Shown: positions 8,609 through 17,862, counted from the stretch's first letter. The stretch: 64,000 nt of DNA from Patescibacteria group bacterium (GCA_041651355.1 JBAZJK010000001.1:421883-485882), one strand, 5' to 3'. Translations and numbers: made by a program. Notes: a model not told the origin generated them from the sequence alone.

Positions 8609-9826
8609 ATGAGGATTATCCAGGTTAATAAATTCTACTATCTCCGCGGCGGGGCTGAAAAATACCTGCTCCAAGCGGAGAAAGAACTAAAAAGCCAAGG
8701 GCACGAAGTGGCAGTATTTGCCATGAAACACCCCAAAAATATAAGCAGTCCATACGAAAAATACTTTGTTTCACGAGTTTCTTTTTCCGAAGGCGGATTC
8801 ATTAACAAAGTCAAAGCGGCCAGAAGGCTGTTTTGGAGCCGGGAAGCAAAAAAAAAATTTACCCATTTAGTTAAAGATTTTAAACCGGATATTATCCATC
8901 TGCATAATATCTACCACCATCTTTCCCCCTCAATCCTTAAAGCCAGCCAAAAATATAATATACCGGTAGTCATGCATCTCCATGACTATAAGCTGATTTG
9001 TCCTAATTACCAGCTGTTCACGCAAAATAAGTATTGTGAGCGTTGCCGGGGCGGACATTATTATAATTGCTACCGTTACCGTTGCCTCAAAAATTCTGCC
9101 TTAAAAAGCGCCCTGGCCAGCCTAGCCATGTTCTATCATCATTCTTATCTTAAAATATACGAAAAGAATGTTAATCTCCTCATTGCCCCTAGTCGCTTCA
9201 TTAAAGAAACTTTTACCAGATTCTCTTGGCCCGAAGATAAGATAGAGCTTCTATATAATTTTAGCGAAGAGAAATATCTGCAAAGCCCCGTTATCCCAGA
9301 GAAGGATTATATATTATACCTAGGCCGGCTCAGCTCGGAAAAGGGAATAGATATCCTCATTAGAGCTCTAAGTAAAACTCAGTTAAAACTAAAGATCGCT
9401 GGCCTGGGACCAGAAGAAGATAACTTGAAAAAATTGAGCCGAGAATTAGGATTAGAGGACAGGATTGAGTTCCTTGGTTTTAAAGATGGAGTAGAAAAAG
9501 ATACTCTTATTGCCGAGGCTAAAGCTATCGTCATTCCTTCGATCTGGCCGGAAAACATGCCTTTCAGCCTCTTGGAAGCGATGGCTAAAGCCAAGGTCGT
9601 CTTAGTTTCTTTAGTCGGAGGATTAGGGGAACTAATAGAGGACGGGATAAACGGCTTCACTTTCGCTCCCGGATCAAGCCAAGCCATTTCAGACTGCCTA
9701 GGCAAACTAGAAACTGCCGATTGCCAAAGCATCGGATTGAAAGCTAGGGATAGGGTTAAAGATTTGGAGGCGCGGGACCATTTCCAATCCTTGGAAAAAA
9801 TATACAGAAGCTTGATAAAGAAATAA
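8609..9826 (+). CDS. Glycosyltransferase family 4
   Basis: N-terminal GGAEKY and C-terminal WPENMPFSLLEAMAKAKVVLVS...GINGF (the GT4 E-x7-E region). Confidence 0.8.
   Translation: MRIIQVNKFYYLRGGAEKYLLQAEKELKSQGHEVAVFAMKHPKNISSPYEKYFVSRVSFSEGGFINKVKAARRLFWSREAKKKFTHLVKDFKPDIIHLHNIYHHLSPSILKASQKYNIPVVMHLHDYKLICPNYQLFTQNKYCERCRGGHYYNCYRYRCLKNSALKSALASLAMFYHHSYLKIYEKNVNLLIAPSRFIKETFTRFSWPEDKIELLYNFSEEKYLQSPVIPEKDYILYLGRLSSEKGIDILIRALSKTQLKLKIAGLGPEEDNLKKLSRELGLEDRIEFLGFKDGVEKDTLIAEAKAIVIPSIWPENMPFSLLEAMAKAKVVLVSLVGGLGELIEDGINGFTFAPGSSQAISDCLGKLETADCQSIGLKARDRVKDLEARDHFQSLEKIYRSLIKK
8848..8857 (+). repeat. A10 homopolymer inside the GT4 coding sequence
   Basis: gcAAAAAAAAAAttt encodes A-K-K-K-F. 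Confidence 0.9.
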
Positions 9827-9827
9827 C

Positions 9828-9856
9828 AAAAAACAGCCCTTTAAGGGCTGTTTTCT
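9828..9856. terminator. Bidirectional terminator
   Basis: ACAGCCCT-tta-AGGGCTGT flanked by an A-run and a T-run, between convergent genes. Confidence 0.65.
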
Positions 9857-9874
9857 TATACTAGAAACTAAATA

Positions 9875-11167
9875 TTAGGGAATGATCTTGAAATTAATGC
9901 TATAGCTTAAACCGGAATTCTGGCCTTCAGCCTTAATATCTACCCAACCGCTCTTATTGCTCGGAACTGTCAGAGTTTGGACGAAACGTCCTTTCCAATC
10001 AGCCTGAGCTAAAGTCTTGGTGCCAGCAAAATCAACCATGACCGGTTCCTGGGGGAAATAACCGCCACCAAACAAGACTACGCTGGAACCGTTAGCGGCG
10101 ATATTACGATCTAAGGTTAAAAATAGATTTTCCTGAGCGCTGCTGGTTTCCTCTTCCTGAGCCGGCGCGAAACCTAATTTTTTAAGATCCTGGTCTAAAA
10201 CTAAGATGCTAGAATTATTGAAGACAACAACACGATCACCCTGGTCAGAATTTAGGACCTTGAGACCCATCGCCCAACCCTCAGGCTTAGCAATCGTAGT
10301 GGTGTAGGCATATTTTGCCAAACCCATATCGTCTTTTTTAAGCTTCACGACTCCGAAACCATTAGAGAAATAGATGAAGTCATTGCCCAGGGTGCTATCA
10401 ACGTCGTAGCCGGTATTATTTAAATGCTTGAACGAAGCTAAGAGGCGACCGTTAAAATCGAATTTCTTCGTGTAGACATCGTCGCTGACAAAAATCTCAT
10501 TGCGGATCAGATCATAATAGACTTTATGGTTAGTATCCAAGTTACTATAATCCAAAGAGAACTCCTTGGTAATATTCCTGGTCCAACGGTCAAAAATCTG
10601 GAGATTGGAACCATCGATACCGAAAATAAACTGTTCGCTACTATTAGAGCGGACACTGTAACGGTTAGAGGGCTTGAAGCTATATGAATCTAAAGTATTC
10701 AAATCCGTATCCCAAATCTTCATACCTTTATTGCCGACGGTCGCGATCCGATTACCGAATTTATCAATTCGATAATACCAATCCCAATAAGTATTCTTAA
10801 CCTTCTTTTCCAGCTTGGCACTAGCTAAATCAGAGATATCGTACTTATAGATCGTGAATTCAGAGATAGCGTAAACATATAGGCGGCCATTTTCCTCGCT
10901 CAGTCTAGCGTCGGAGAAGCTGCCATATTTATTATAAGTCGGATCAAAAGGCTTGAACTTCAAAACCCGGACCAGGTCGCTGCCAGTCAGTTTGAATATT
11001 TCTAAACTGTCAGTATTCGTACTGGAAACGATAATTTGATTGGAATAATTGATGGCATCGCCAGAATGGTAAGACCTGATCTTGCTCTGGCCAGATTTAA
11101 CCAATAAAAGCGAACTTAGGCCGACAAGGGTTAGAATCATCAGGCCAATCACAAAACTTCTTTTCAT
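9875..11167 (-). CDS. Secreted/membrane-anchored hypothetical protein, beta-rich (propeller-like)
   Basis: N-terminal signal/anchor MKRSFVIGLMILTLVGLSSLLLV, followed by repetitive beta-strand-like sequence. Confidence 0.65.
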   Translation of the reverse strand: MKRSFVIGLMILTLVGLSSLLLVKSGQSKIRSYHSGDAINYSNQIIVSSTNTDSLEIFKLTGSDLVRVLKFKPFDPTYNKYGSFSDARLSEENGRLYVYAISEFTIYKYDISDLASAKLEKKVKNTYWDWYYRIDKFGNRIATVGNKGMKIWDTDLNTLDSYSFKPSNRYSVRSNSSEQFIFGIDGSNLQIFDRWTRNITKEFSLDYSNLDTNHKVYYDLIRNEIFVSDDVYTKKFDFNGRLLASFKHLNNTGYDVDSTLGNDFIYFSNGFGVVKLKKDDMGLAKYAYTTTIAKPEGWAMGLKVLNSDQGDRVVVFNNSSILVLDQDLKKLGFAPAQEEETSSAQENLFLTLDRNIAANGSSVVLFGGGYFPQEPVMVDFAGTKTLAQADWKGRFVQTLTVPSNKSGWVDIKAEGQNSGLSYSINFKIIP

Positions 11168-11228
11168 ATTTTTAGCTAATATTAAAATAATTAATAATTA
11201 CTTAGAGATTTTATTAACTTAACTTTAA

Positions 11229-11257
11229 ATAATACATACTTAATCTTTTTATGTCAA
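11229..11257 (-). promoter_or_regulatory. Sigma70-type promoter for 9875..11167
   Basis: Minus strand reads TTGACA-N17-TATTAT. Confidence 0.45.
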
Positions 11258-11267
11258 GCTTTTAGGC

Positions 11268-11296
11268 TTGACAAATTCTTATAGATATACTAATAT
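11268..11296 (+). promoter_or_regulatory. Sigma70-type promoter for 11322..12164
   Basis: TTGACA-N17-TAATAT. Its -35 forms an inverted repeat with the divergent promoter's -35. Confidence 0.5.
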
Positions 11297-11321
11297 ATAA
11301 GGTCAATTAAAAATATACATT

Positions 11322-12164
11322 ATGGAGATTAATACCTTTTTAAAACTATACCAAAAACGCTCGGGAGCAGTTTTAGCTATCATCCTAATCTTTTTAGTGA
11401 TTGGTTCTGCTTTCACTTTCTCCCAGCCTTTGAAATACCGTTCTAAGTCACGCTTGCTTATCGTCCAGAATATTAGCGCTGATCCCTATACCGTATCTAA
11501 ATCTAACCAATATCTGAGCGGTCTATTTTCTGAAATTATCTATTCCGGTTCATTCTTCGACCTAATGACCAGTAACAGCCAATTCAATGTGGACAAGAAT
11601 TATTTCAGCGGCAATTATAAGAAACAAATGGAAACTTGGAAAAAAACGGTTGAGGCCAAAAGCGTTGGCGATTCCGGTATTATGGAAATCAGCGTTTATC
11701 ATAAGGATCCAGCTCAAGCCAAGCAGATTTCTTTAGCGATCAATAACACTTTAATGACTCAAAGCTTCAACTATCAAGGAGAAAGCCAGAGCCAAGCTGA
11801 ATTCAACGTTATTGACCAGCCGATAGTTTCTGATTACCCAGTCAAGCCGAATATAGCTGTTAACTTAATAAGCGCTTTAGTCTTCGGTTTCATTTTCAGC
11901 CTACTCTATATTTACATGTTTCCTAACACTAAAAAAGCTAAGGTTAAGAACTTTCAGACCGGGAATATGATATCTAATTATCAAGCATCAATCAAAATAG
12001 AGGATAAACCGAATACTAATTATGAAAAAGTAACCCTGAAAGAAGAATATTATGCACCCCGACAAACTGACTATAGCCCTAATAATCTTCCCACCGAGGA
12101 AATAGAGGAAGAGGCCGCGAGTGAATTCAGCTTCCAGGGAAACATTGGAAATATTCTGAAATAA
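11322..12164 (+). CDS. Wzz-like polysaccharide chain-length determinant protein
   Basis: N-terminal TM (AVLAIILIFLVIGSAFTF) followed by PLKYRSKSRLLIVQ, plus a second TM near the C-terminus (LISALVFGFIFSLLYIYMF). This is the PCP topology. Confidence 0.6.
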   Translation: MEINTFLKLYQKRSGAVLAIILIFLVIGSAFTFSQPLKYRSKSRLLIVQNISADPYTVSKSNQYLSGLFSEIIYSGSFFDLMTSNSQFNVDKNYFSGNYKKQMETWKKTVEAKSVGDSGIMEISVYHKDPAQAKQISLAINNTLMTQSFNYQGESQSQAEFNVIDQPIVSDYPVKPNIAVNLISALVFGFIFSLLYIYMFPNTKKAKVKNFQTGNMISNYQASIKIEDKPNTNYEKVTLKEEYYAPRQTDYSPNNLPTEEIEEEAASEFSFQGNIGNILK

Positions 12165-12170
12165 TAATAA

Positions 12171-12193
12171 TCTAAAAACATTTGGTTTTTAGA
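12171..12193 (+). terminator. Hairpin after the wzz-like gene
   Basis: TCTAAAAAC-atttg-GTTTTTAGA, a 9-bp stem with a weak T tail. Confidence 0.4.
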
Positions 12194-12270
12194 TTCAGGC
12201 CTTAATCTAATTAAAGCTTGAAGTTAAAGACTAAAACGCACATTAACAAAATCAAAAAATAAATTACGCC

Positions 12271-13107
12271 ATGAAGAAAACCTTGATCCTGTTTTTATTT
12301 TGCCTGGTGGGGACCACTGTCTTCGCCCAAAGGTTCCAAGCCTTAGTCGGTAACGGCTACGGTGAACGCAAAGGCCATGGTGACCTCACCTTTCGCTTCG
12401 GCGAAGGCAGATGGTTACCTTTCATTGAGGAAGGGCGCGAATGCAAATTCGGCTTCTTCTTTAACGCCACTCAAGTCAGCTCCGGTTTTGACGACTACGT
12501 CTACCAAGCTGAAGAACTAACCCCGGGCCTCAGCCTGGAATATTGCCCGACAAGCGCCGCTTATCTCACAGAGATATATAGCTGGTTCAATCTGGGCTAT
12601 AAATTCTCCAGCGACCAAGGCGGCATTAACACCGGCAATGGTGTCTATACCAGTAAGCAAAAGGACGAGATGATCTATTTCTTTTCCGGACTGGTATTCA
12701 CCGATAAGTTAGCGCGACCGTTTTATATAAAAAAATTCACGCTGACTTATCAAAACCCGGTCAAAACCGAAGGTCTGGCCACCTGGAAAGCTAATGAGAT
12801 TACCGGAGGGTTATGGAACAAAGAATATTTTTCCTTAAGTGGAGAAAGTTCAATCTTTTCCATAATCTTAAATCCTTCCGGATCGCTTAAACTGGACCCA
12901 ACCATCTTCTTAAGCTATAGCCATGAAAGCGGCAATAGCAAGGACTATTACAGCTGGGGCGTGAAGGGTATCTTCCGCCGCGATTTCAGCAACCAAGAGT
13001 TGCTGACTTTAAGCGGAGGCTTCCGTACTACCGTGCATTCCATCCCGATGCTTGAATTACAAGCAATACTGAATCTGGCTGAAACCGTCAGATATATTAA
13101 GCATTAA
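12271..13107 (+). CDS. Secreted hypothetical protein (beta-rich), compositionally atypical
   Basis: Signal peptide MKKTLILFLFCLVGTTVFAQ. Alternating aromatic/polar pattern, with more G/C-ending codons than its neighbours. Confidence 0.65.
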   Translation: MKKTLILFLFCLVGTTVFAQRFQALVGNGYGERKGHGDLTFRFGEGRWLPFIEEGRECKFGFFFNATQVSSGFDDYVYQAEELTPGLSLEYCPTSAAYLTEIYSWFNLGYKFSSDQGGINTGNGVYTSKQKDEMIYFFSGLVFTDKLARPFYIKKFTLTYQNPVKTEGLATWKANEITGGLWNKEYFSLSGESSIFSIILNPSGSLKLDPTIFLSYSHESGNSKDYYSWGVKGIFRRDFSNQELLTLSGGFRTTVHSIPMLELQAILNLAETVRYIKH

Positions 13108-13146
13108 AAAAACCGAAACACTGAAACCAATAAAAAAACCAAAAAC

Positions 13147-14202
13147 ATGCAGACAACAAGAAACATTATCCTCGCCCTTGTGGCCATCGGCATCTTCGTG
13201 ATCGCCGCTATCATGTACACCGGTTGCAGTCGGACCGAAAAGTCCAAAACCTCTACCGGCAAAGAATTCACCTCAGTCGCCAGCGCTGAAGCCTATGCCA
13301 TCAGCCTGGAAGACACGCTCACAGCCTGGAAACAAGCCTATAATTACTGTGCTACCGGTGCCGGTTACACTGCCGGCGAACGTAAAATTACCGTGCCGCC
13401 GCCTACCAGAAAGAAGTGTAATTTCTGCCCGAAGGACCAGCCCTTGAGCGTAGAACTTCTGCAACACTATATCTGGGATCTTCAGGATTCCATTGTGGGC
13501 TACAAAGCCGCCTTAAATGATTGCATGAGCGGCAAGAAACACCACCAGCCTGTCATCAGACACCGTACCTACCGTAACAATCCCTGTCCGCCGTGTCCGC
13601 CGGTCTCTTCTGCTAACAACCCTCCTACCACTTATGTACCACCCCAGAATCCTGCTCCCCAAACAGTTGAAGATGATCTGGCCCCGGAAATGAGGGCTTT
13701 GCTCAATCAGGGCTCTAACCCGATCAGTACGCCTGGAGAACCGGTCAATCTGGCTGAGTATGTTGGTTACCGCGAAGGACCATTCTGCGTAACTATCAGC
13801 GCGGACGGCTATCCGCAATTCTGTGTCACCGACCAGATCTTCCGCCTCTCTAACCCGACCATAACTGCTCCACGGCATGCTACCGCCCAGGGTGGAGAAT
13901 ACCATTTGGAATCTGACGGCTACTGGGTTTATACGGACAAGACCAAGGGTTTGGTGACTATGGATAATCTTTTAAACCAGATCCAGATGTGGTCGATGTT
14001 CACCGGCATCAATCCGGAATGGAACTACCCCATGTTCATTCCACACGAACTGGTAAAGAAAGATGGATTGCTCCAATATAAAGAAAAACCCGGTGCTCCA
14101 TCTATCCACCCGAACGGTATCAAATATGGAGACGATCTGACGGCTCCGGACAAGAATCAGGGTTGGCGCTTCCACGCCAAATTCCTGTACCGGAAACGTT
14201 AA
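13147..14202 (+). CDS. Putative lipoprotein, Cys- and Pro-rich, function unknown
   Basis: Signal plus lipobox-like IMYTGC. Contains the NPCPPCPPVSSANNPPTTYVPPQNPAP linker. Confidence 0.65.
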   Translation: MQTTRNIILALVAIGIFVIAAIMYTGCSRTEKSKTSTGKEFTSVASAEAYAISLEDTLTAWKQAYNYCATGAGYTAGERKITVPPPTRKKCNFCPKDQPLSVELLQHYIWDLQDSIVGYKAALNDCMSGKKHHQPVIRHRTYRNNPCPPCPPVSSANNPPTTYVPPQNPAPQTVEDDLAPEMRALLNQGSNPISTPGEPVNLAEYVGYREGPFCVTISADGYPQFCVTDQIFRLSNPTITAPRHATAQGGEYHLESDGYWVYTDKTKGLVTMDNLLNQIQMWSMFTGINPEWNYPMFIPHELVKKDGLLQYKEKPGAPSIHPNGIKYGDDLTAPDKNQGWRFHAKFLYRKR

Positions 14203-14225
14203 ACGTTAACGGTATCGATCCTTAT

Positions 14226-14260
14226 ACAAAAAAGGGGTCTCCTAGAGAGAGCCCTTTTTT
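14226..14260 (+). terminator. Terminator after 13147..14202
   Basis: AAAAAAGGGGTCTC...GAGAGAGCCCTTTTTT hairpin with a T6 tail. Confidence 0.55.
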
Positions 14261-14291
14261 CTTACAGAAATAATTTAACACAACAAAAAGA

Positions 14292-14338
14292 CCCCCTGAC
14301 TTTTTGGAGAATTTAATCTCTGAAAGTCAGGGGGTTTT
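14292..14338. terminator. Strong hairpin terminator, usable by the minus-strand gene 14371..15585
   Basis: CCCCCTGACTTT and AAAGTCAGGGGG form a 12-bp stem, flanked by an A-run and a T-run. Confidence 0.6.
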
Positions 14339-14370
14339 AGTTAGAAAAGAACGACGAGCGGGACGAGTTT

Positions 14371-15585
14371 CTAAGTAGCGCAGTACTTACGGCCATCCAT
14401 GGTTACGAGGTAAATTTTCGGACCAGGATTGTTAAGGGGGAGGGAAATCTGGAAGTATAAGCAATTCAGACTGGCTTGATAGAAACTGGAATTACTCATA
14501 TTTCCATAATTACTCGGGGAATTATAGTTCCCCCCGGCCCGGAAATAGTACATACCACCGGAATTAATAATTTGGTTAATAGAAATCTTGATAAAACCCC
14601 AATCACTCCCAGGAATAAGACTCTGGTGTCTTAAACTCCAATTTCCGGGCAGGGAATCATATCCATAGAATACGAAAGGATTAGCACCCGGGAAGTAGGA
14701 TTGGTTGTTCAAAAAAACTACCAAAGTGTCATCAGTGTTAGCGGTTCCATTCAGTTCAACGGTTAAACGTACGGTCGGTGCTACACCAGTTAAAGAATCT
14801 CCGGTTAAGCCTGGAATATTAACGCCTTGCTGTGAGGTATAAACAACACCGTTATAGCAATAACAATGGAATACACCTCCGGATGGTGGAGTCGGGTGCC
14901 AATAGACGCTCCCAGGATAGTTAGCCCAATTACCAGCCGCATCGCCATAAGACTGAACTTCGAGCCCGTTATATCTGACAACATGCCAAATTTTCCAGGC
15001 CTCACCCGAAATCATCATGGTATCAGTATTAGCTATGGTAACCTGGCTCCAATTACTGTGATCACCGACATGCCAAGCGGGATTGAAGAAAGCCTGACGC
15101 ACGCCGAAGGTGTAGTTGTACGCGCCTACCATAGGGCCACTGGTAACTAAAACTGATTTCAAACAACGAAACTCCATGCCGCTGCTGTTTAAACCAACTA
15201 GGACGGTGTGGGTTAAAATGACAGTGGAACCGCTGCTGGGAACGATGGTAACTGTTAAGGTGTAAGTACCGGCGGCCATATACTTATGGACGACCTGGCT
15301 AATGCCAGTTCCAGTGGTATAGGGGCTATTGTCACCAAAATTCCAGGTAACCGTGAAGTTCACGCCGCTTTGATTCTCTAGATAGAATATTACCGGGACG
15401 GCTATGCCGGTTTCGGTGGTATCAGCTGAAGATTGGGAACTTGATTTTAGGAGGAAACCTCCGTTGTCAGGATTGGGGACATTCGGCTCGGAGAAGTCAT
15501 AATCCTTCATGCAAGCCGGAAGCAACATCACTAAGGCCAGGAATACAAAAATTCTGCCAACCAAAAAATTGATCTGTTTTCTCAT
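14371..15585 (-). CDS. Putative lipoprotein with PKD-like domain
   Basis: Lipobox LLPAC. WNFGDNSPYTTGTG...HKYMAAGTYTLTVTIV matches the PKD signature (WxFGDGS...HxYxxxGxYxVxLxV). Confidence 0.7.
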   Translation of the reverse strand: MRKQINFLVGRIFVFLALVMLLPACMKDYDFSEPNVPNPDNGGFLLKSSSQSSADTTETGIAVPVIFYLENQSGVNFTVTWNFGDNSPYTTGTGISQVVHKYMAAGTYTLTVTIVPSSGSTVILTHTVLVGLNSSGMEFRCLKSVLVTSGPMVGAYNYTFGVRQAFFNPAWHVGDHSNWSQVTIANTDTMMISGEAWKIWHVVRYNGLEVQSYGDAAGNWANYPGSVYWHPTPPSGGVFHCYCYNGVVYTSQQGVNIPGLTGDSLTGVAPTVRLTVELNGTANTDDTLVVFLNNQSYFPGANPFVFYGYDSLPGNWSLRHQSLIPGSDWGFIKISINQIINSGGMYYFRAGGNYNSPSNYGNMSNSSFYQASLNCLYFQISLPLNNPGPKIYLVTMDGRKYCAT

Positions 15586-15674
15586 TGTCTACGTTTTAAG
15601 GGTTTATTTGATACAAAAAATTATTCGGGTATATATGTTGATATGAAATTTTCAAAGAACCAATAATATTTAAA

Positions 15675-16787
15675 TTATTTATTCAATAACTCATGATAAA
15701 TCTTAAGGGTATTCTGACTGATATCATCCCAGCTGTATTCATGCTTGACCCTGTTAAGGGCTTTATTTCCTAATTCCGAAACCAAAGACTCGTCTTTTAA
15801 TAACTGTTCTAATTTAACTCTTAAATCCTGATAATCCTTATCTCTAAAAGTGACGCCAGCTTCGGCCACCGCTTCTTTATTGGCGGTAATATCACTGACT
15901 ATACACGCCAAGCCATAGGACATCGCTTCAAGTAAAGCTAAAGACAAGCCTTCGGATTCAGAGGGCTGGACTAAGAGATAAGCGTTAGAAAACAGCTCGT
16001 TAAGGGTTTTGCCAGATTGGTTGCCGGTAAAGATGATATTTTCATTGCCCTTGGCTAAATCATAAAGTTCCTGAACATAATCATCAGTATAAGAACCGGC
16101 GCCAACGATGACTAGCTTCTTATCGGTTTTTATCTCTTGATAGGCTTTAAGGAGATATTGGACACCTTTATGGCGCACTAAGCGGCCGACCCATAAAATG
16201 TAGGAACCTTTATTCAATCCCCAGCGAGCCGTAATTTCTTCGGCCGCTAACTTATCAGGAATAAAGACTCCATTCGGAATATATATCGGATCGTTATGAT
16301 AAGTAGCCCCGGTATAAGCGGTTAATTCATGGGAAGTAGTAATCACCCTATCAGCATAACGATTACCTAGTCTTTCCCCTAGTTTAAGATACCAGCGAGC
16401 CAAGCGACCCCATTTCTGATGGTGGTAATCCTGGCAATGGAAGGTAAAAACGACCGGAGTCTTAGGTTTAAGGATTTTCAAAAGAGGAATAAGAGAGCCG
16501 GGACCGATAGACTGGACATGAATGATATCAACCCGGTGCCGCAACAGATCCAAACAAGATAAGAAGGTCCGTATAATGGCTTCTAGGTTCTTTAGGGGGA
16601 GGGAAGGAATATTGATTAATTTAACCCGCCCATCTTTTACCAAGTTGGGTTGGTTATAATCCTTCTGGCCATAGACCAAAACTTCGTGTCCGGCCGAAGC
16701 GAGCTTACTCACTAAGCCCTCAACGTGTCTTTCGACCCCGCCAGTCTTAGCTGGCAAGCCTTTTTGTCCGATAAAAGCAATCTTCAT
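15675..16787 (-). CDS. Glycosyltransferase family 4
   Basis: MKIAFIGQKGLPAKTGGVERHVEGL and PSESEGLSLALLEAMSYGLACIVSD. Confidence 0.85.
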   Translation of the reverse strand: MKIAFIGQKGLPAKTGGVERHVEGLVSKLASAGHEVLVYGQKDYNQPNLVKDGRVKLINIPSLPLKNLEAIIRTFLSCLDLLRHRVDIIHVQSIGPGSLIPLLKILKPKTPVVFTFHCQDYHHQKWGRLARWYLKLGERLGNRYADRVITTSHELTAYTGATYHNDPIYIPNGVFIPDKLAAEEITARWGLNKGSYILWVGRLVRHKGVQYLLKAYQEIKTDKKLVIVGAGSYTDDYVQELYDLAKGNENIIFTGNQSGKTLNELFSNAYLLVQPSESEGLSLALLEAMSYGLACIVSDITANKEAVAEAGVTFRDKDYQDLRVKLEQLLKDESLVSELGNKALNRVKHEYSWDDISQNTLKIYHELLNK

Positions 16788-16806
16788 ATATCATTTGTAA
16801 CAATTA

Positions 16807-16835
16807 ATAATACTATAAATAAAATTATTTGTCAA
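16807..16835 (-). promoter_or_regulatory. Sigma70-type promoter for the GT4 gene
   Basis: Minus strand reads TTGACA-N17-TATTAT, 20 nt upstream of the ATG. Confidence 0.5.
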
Positions 16836-16863
16836 TAAACATTACAATAAAAAACAGAGCCTG

Positions 16864-16889
16864 TCAAGCTCTGTTTTTATGCTTATTTT
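16864..16889. terminator. Terminator after corA-like gene
   Basis: ACAGAGC-ctgtcaa-GCTCTGT flanked by an A-run and a T-run. Confidence 0.6.
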
Positions 16890-16899
16890 AAACAAATAA

Positions 16900-17862
16900 C
16901 TATAACCAACGCTTTCTTTTGAACACAAAAAGCATACTTACGCCAATAAGGGCCATTAAACCAATAATTATCCAAAAATCATAATGCCGACTGACTATCG
17001 GCATATACTCGGTCCTCATGCTGAAAATGGCAGCCAATAAGGTTAAAGGGAAGACGATTACGGAAAAAATAGTCAGGGTTTTCATGATGCTAGTCATCTG
17101 GTTATCTAATAATGACTGGTTGGTCATACCTAAAACTTCAATCATTTCTTTCTGGTTATCCAACATCTCCCAGATGCGCTTGGAATGGTCAACTAAGCGA
17201 TCATAGCATTTCTTAAGTTCAGCCCGGGGAACTAAGCTGCTTCTCATCTCAGTCAAACGGCTCAGAATATTCTTATGGTTCTGCATTATCCGCCTGATAT
17301 TGATAACATTCCGACGCAAATCTAGAATTTTCTGAGTGGCCTTCTTGGGTTCATTGGAAAATATTAAATTTTCTAAACGATTAATCGTAATGCTATTCTT
17401 GTCCAATAAGGCGTAACAGTTCTGGATGAGCTTGTCTAATAATTCATATAACAAGATGGCGGAAGACTCGAAATTATATGACAAAAGGGAATCAGGATTC
17501 TTGCGGCAGAGACTGAAAAAATCATCTAGGGAAGGAATGTTGCCGTTATGGATGGTAATCAGATAACCGTGACCGATAAAGAATTCGATTTCAGCAGCAA
17601 CGATCCGGTTGCCGCGAAAAACTGGAAAATGGAGGATCAAAAAAACATAATCATCTTCCTCAAAAATCATCGGCCTTTGGGAAAAAATCGAGGCGATTGA
17701 AGCCCGCAGATGGTTAAGGTTGAAATTATATTGCTTACGTAAGTAGGCGATTTCCTTTTTCCCGGCCTGGGAAATATTCAGCCAGCGTAGACTGCCGGGG
17801 TTTTTAGGATTATCTAAAATGATTTCCTGGATCTTCTCGGAAATCCGACGATAATTATACAT
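16900..17862 (-). CDS. corA: CorA-family divalent cation transporter homolog with non-canonical pore motif (SMR instead of GMN)
   Basis: Two C-terminal TMs. TIFSVIVFPLTLLAAIFSMRTEYMPIV...KRKRWL aligns with the CorA pattern [25 protein letters not shown]...KKKKWL. Confidence 0.75.
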   Translation of the reverse strand: MYNYRRISEKIQEIILDNPKNPGSLRWLNISQAGKKEIAYLRKQYNFNLNHLRASIASIFSQRPMIFEEDDYVFLILHFPVFRGNRIVAAEIEFFIGHGYLITIHNGNIPSLDDFFSLCRKNPDSLLSYNFESSAILLYELLDKLIQNCYALLDKNSITINRLENLIFSNEPKKATQKILDLRRNVINIRRIMQNHKNILSRLTEMRSSLVPRAELKKCYDRLVDHSKRIWEMLDNQKEMIEVLGMTNQSLLDNQMTSIMKTLTIFSVIVFPLTLLAAIFSMRTEYMPIVSRHYDFWIIIGLMALIGVSMLFVFKRKRWL

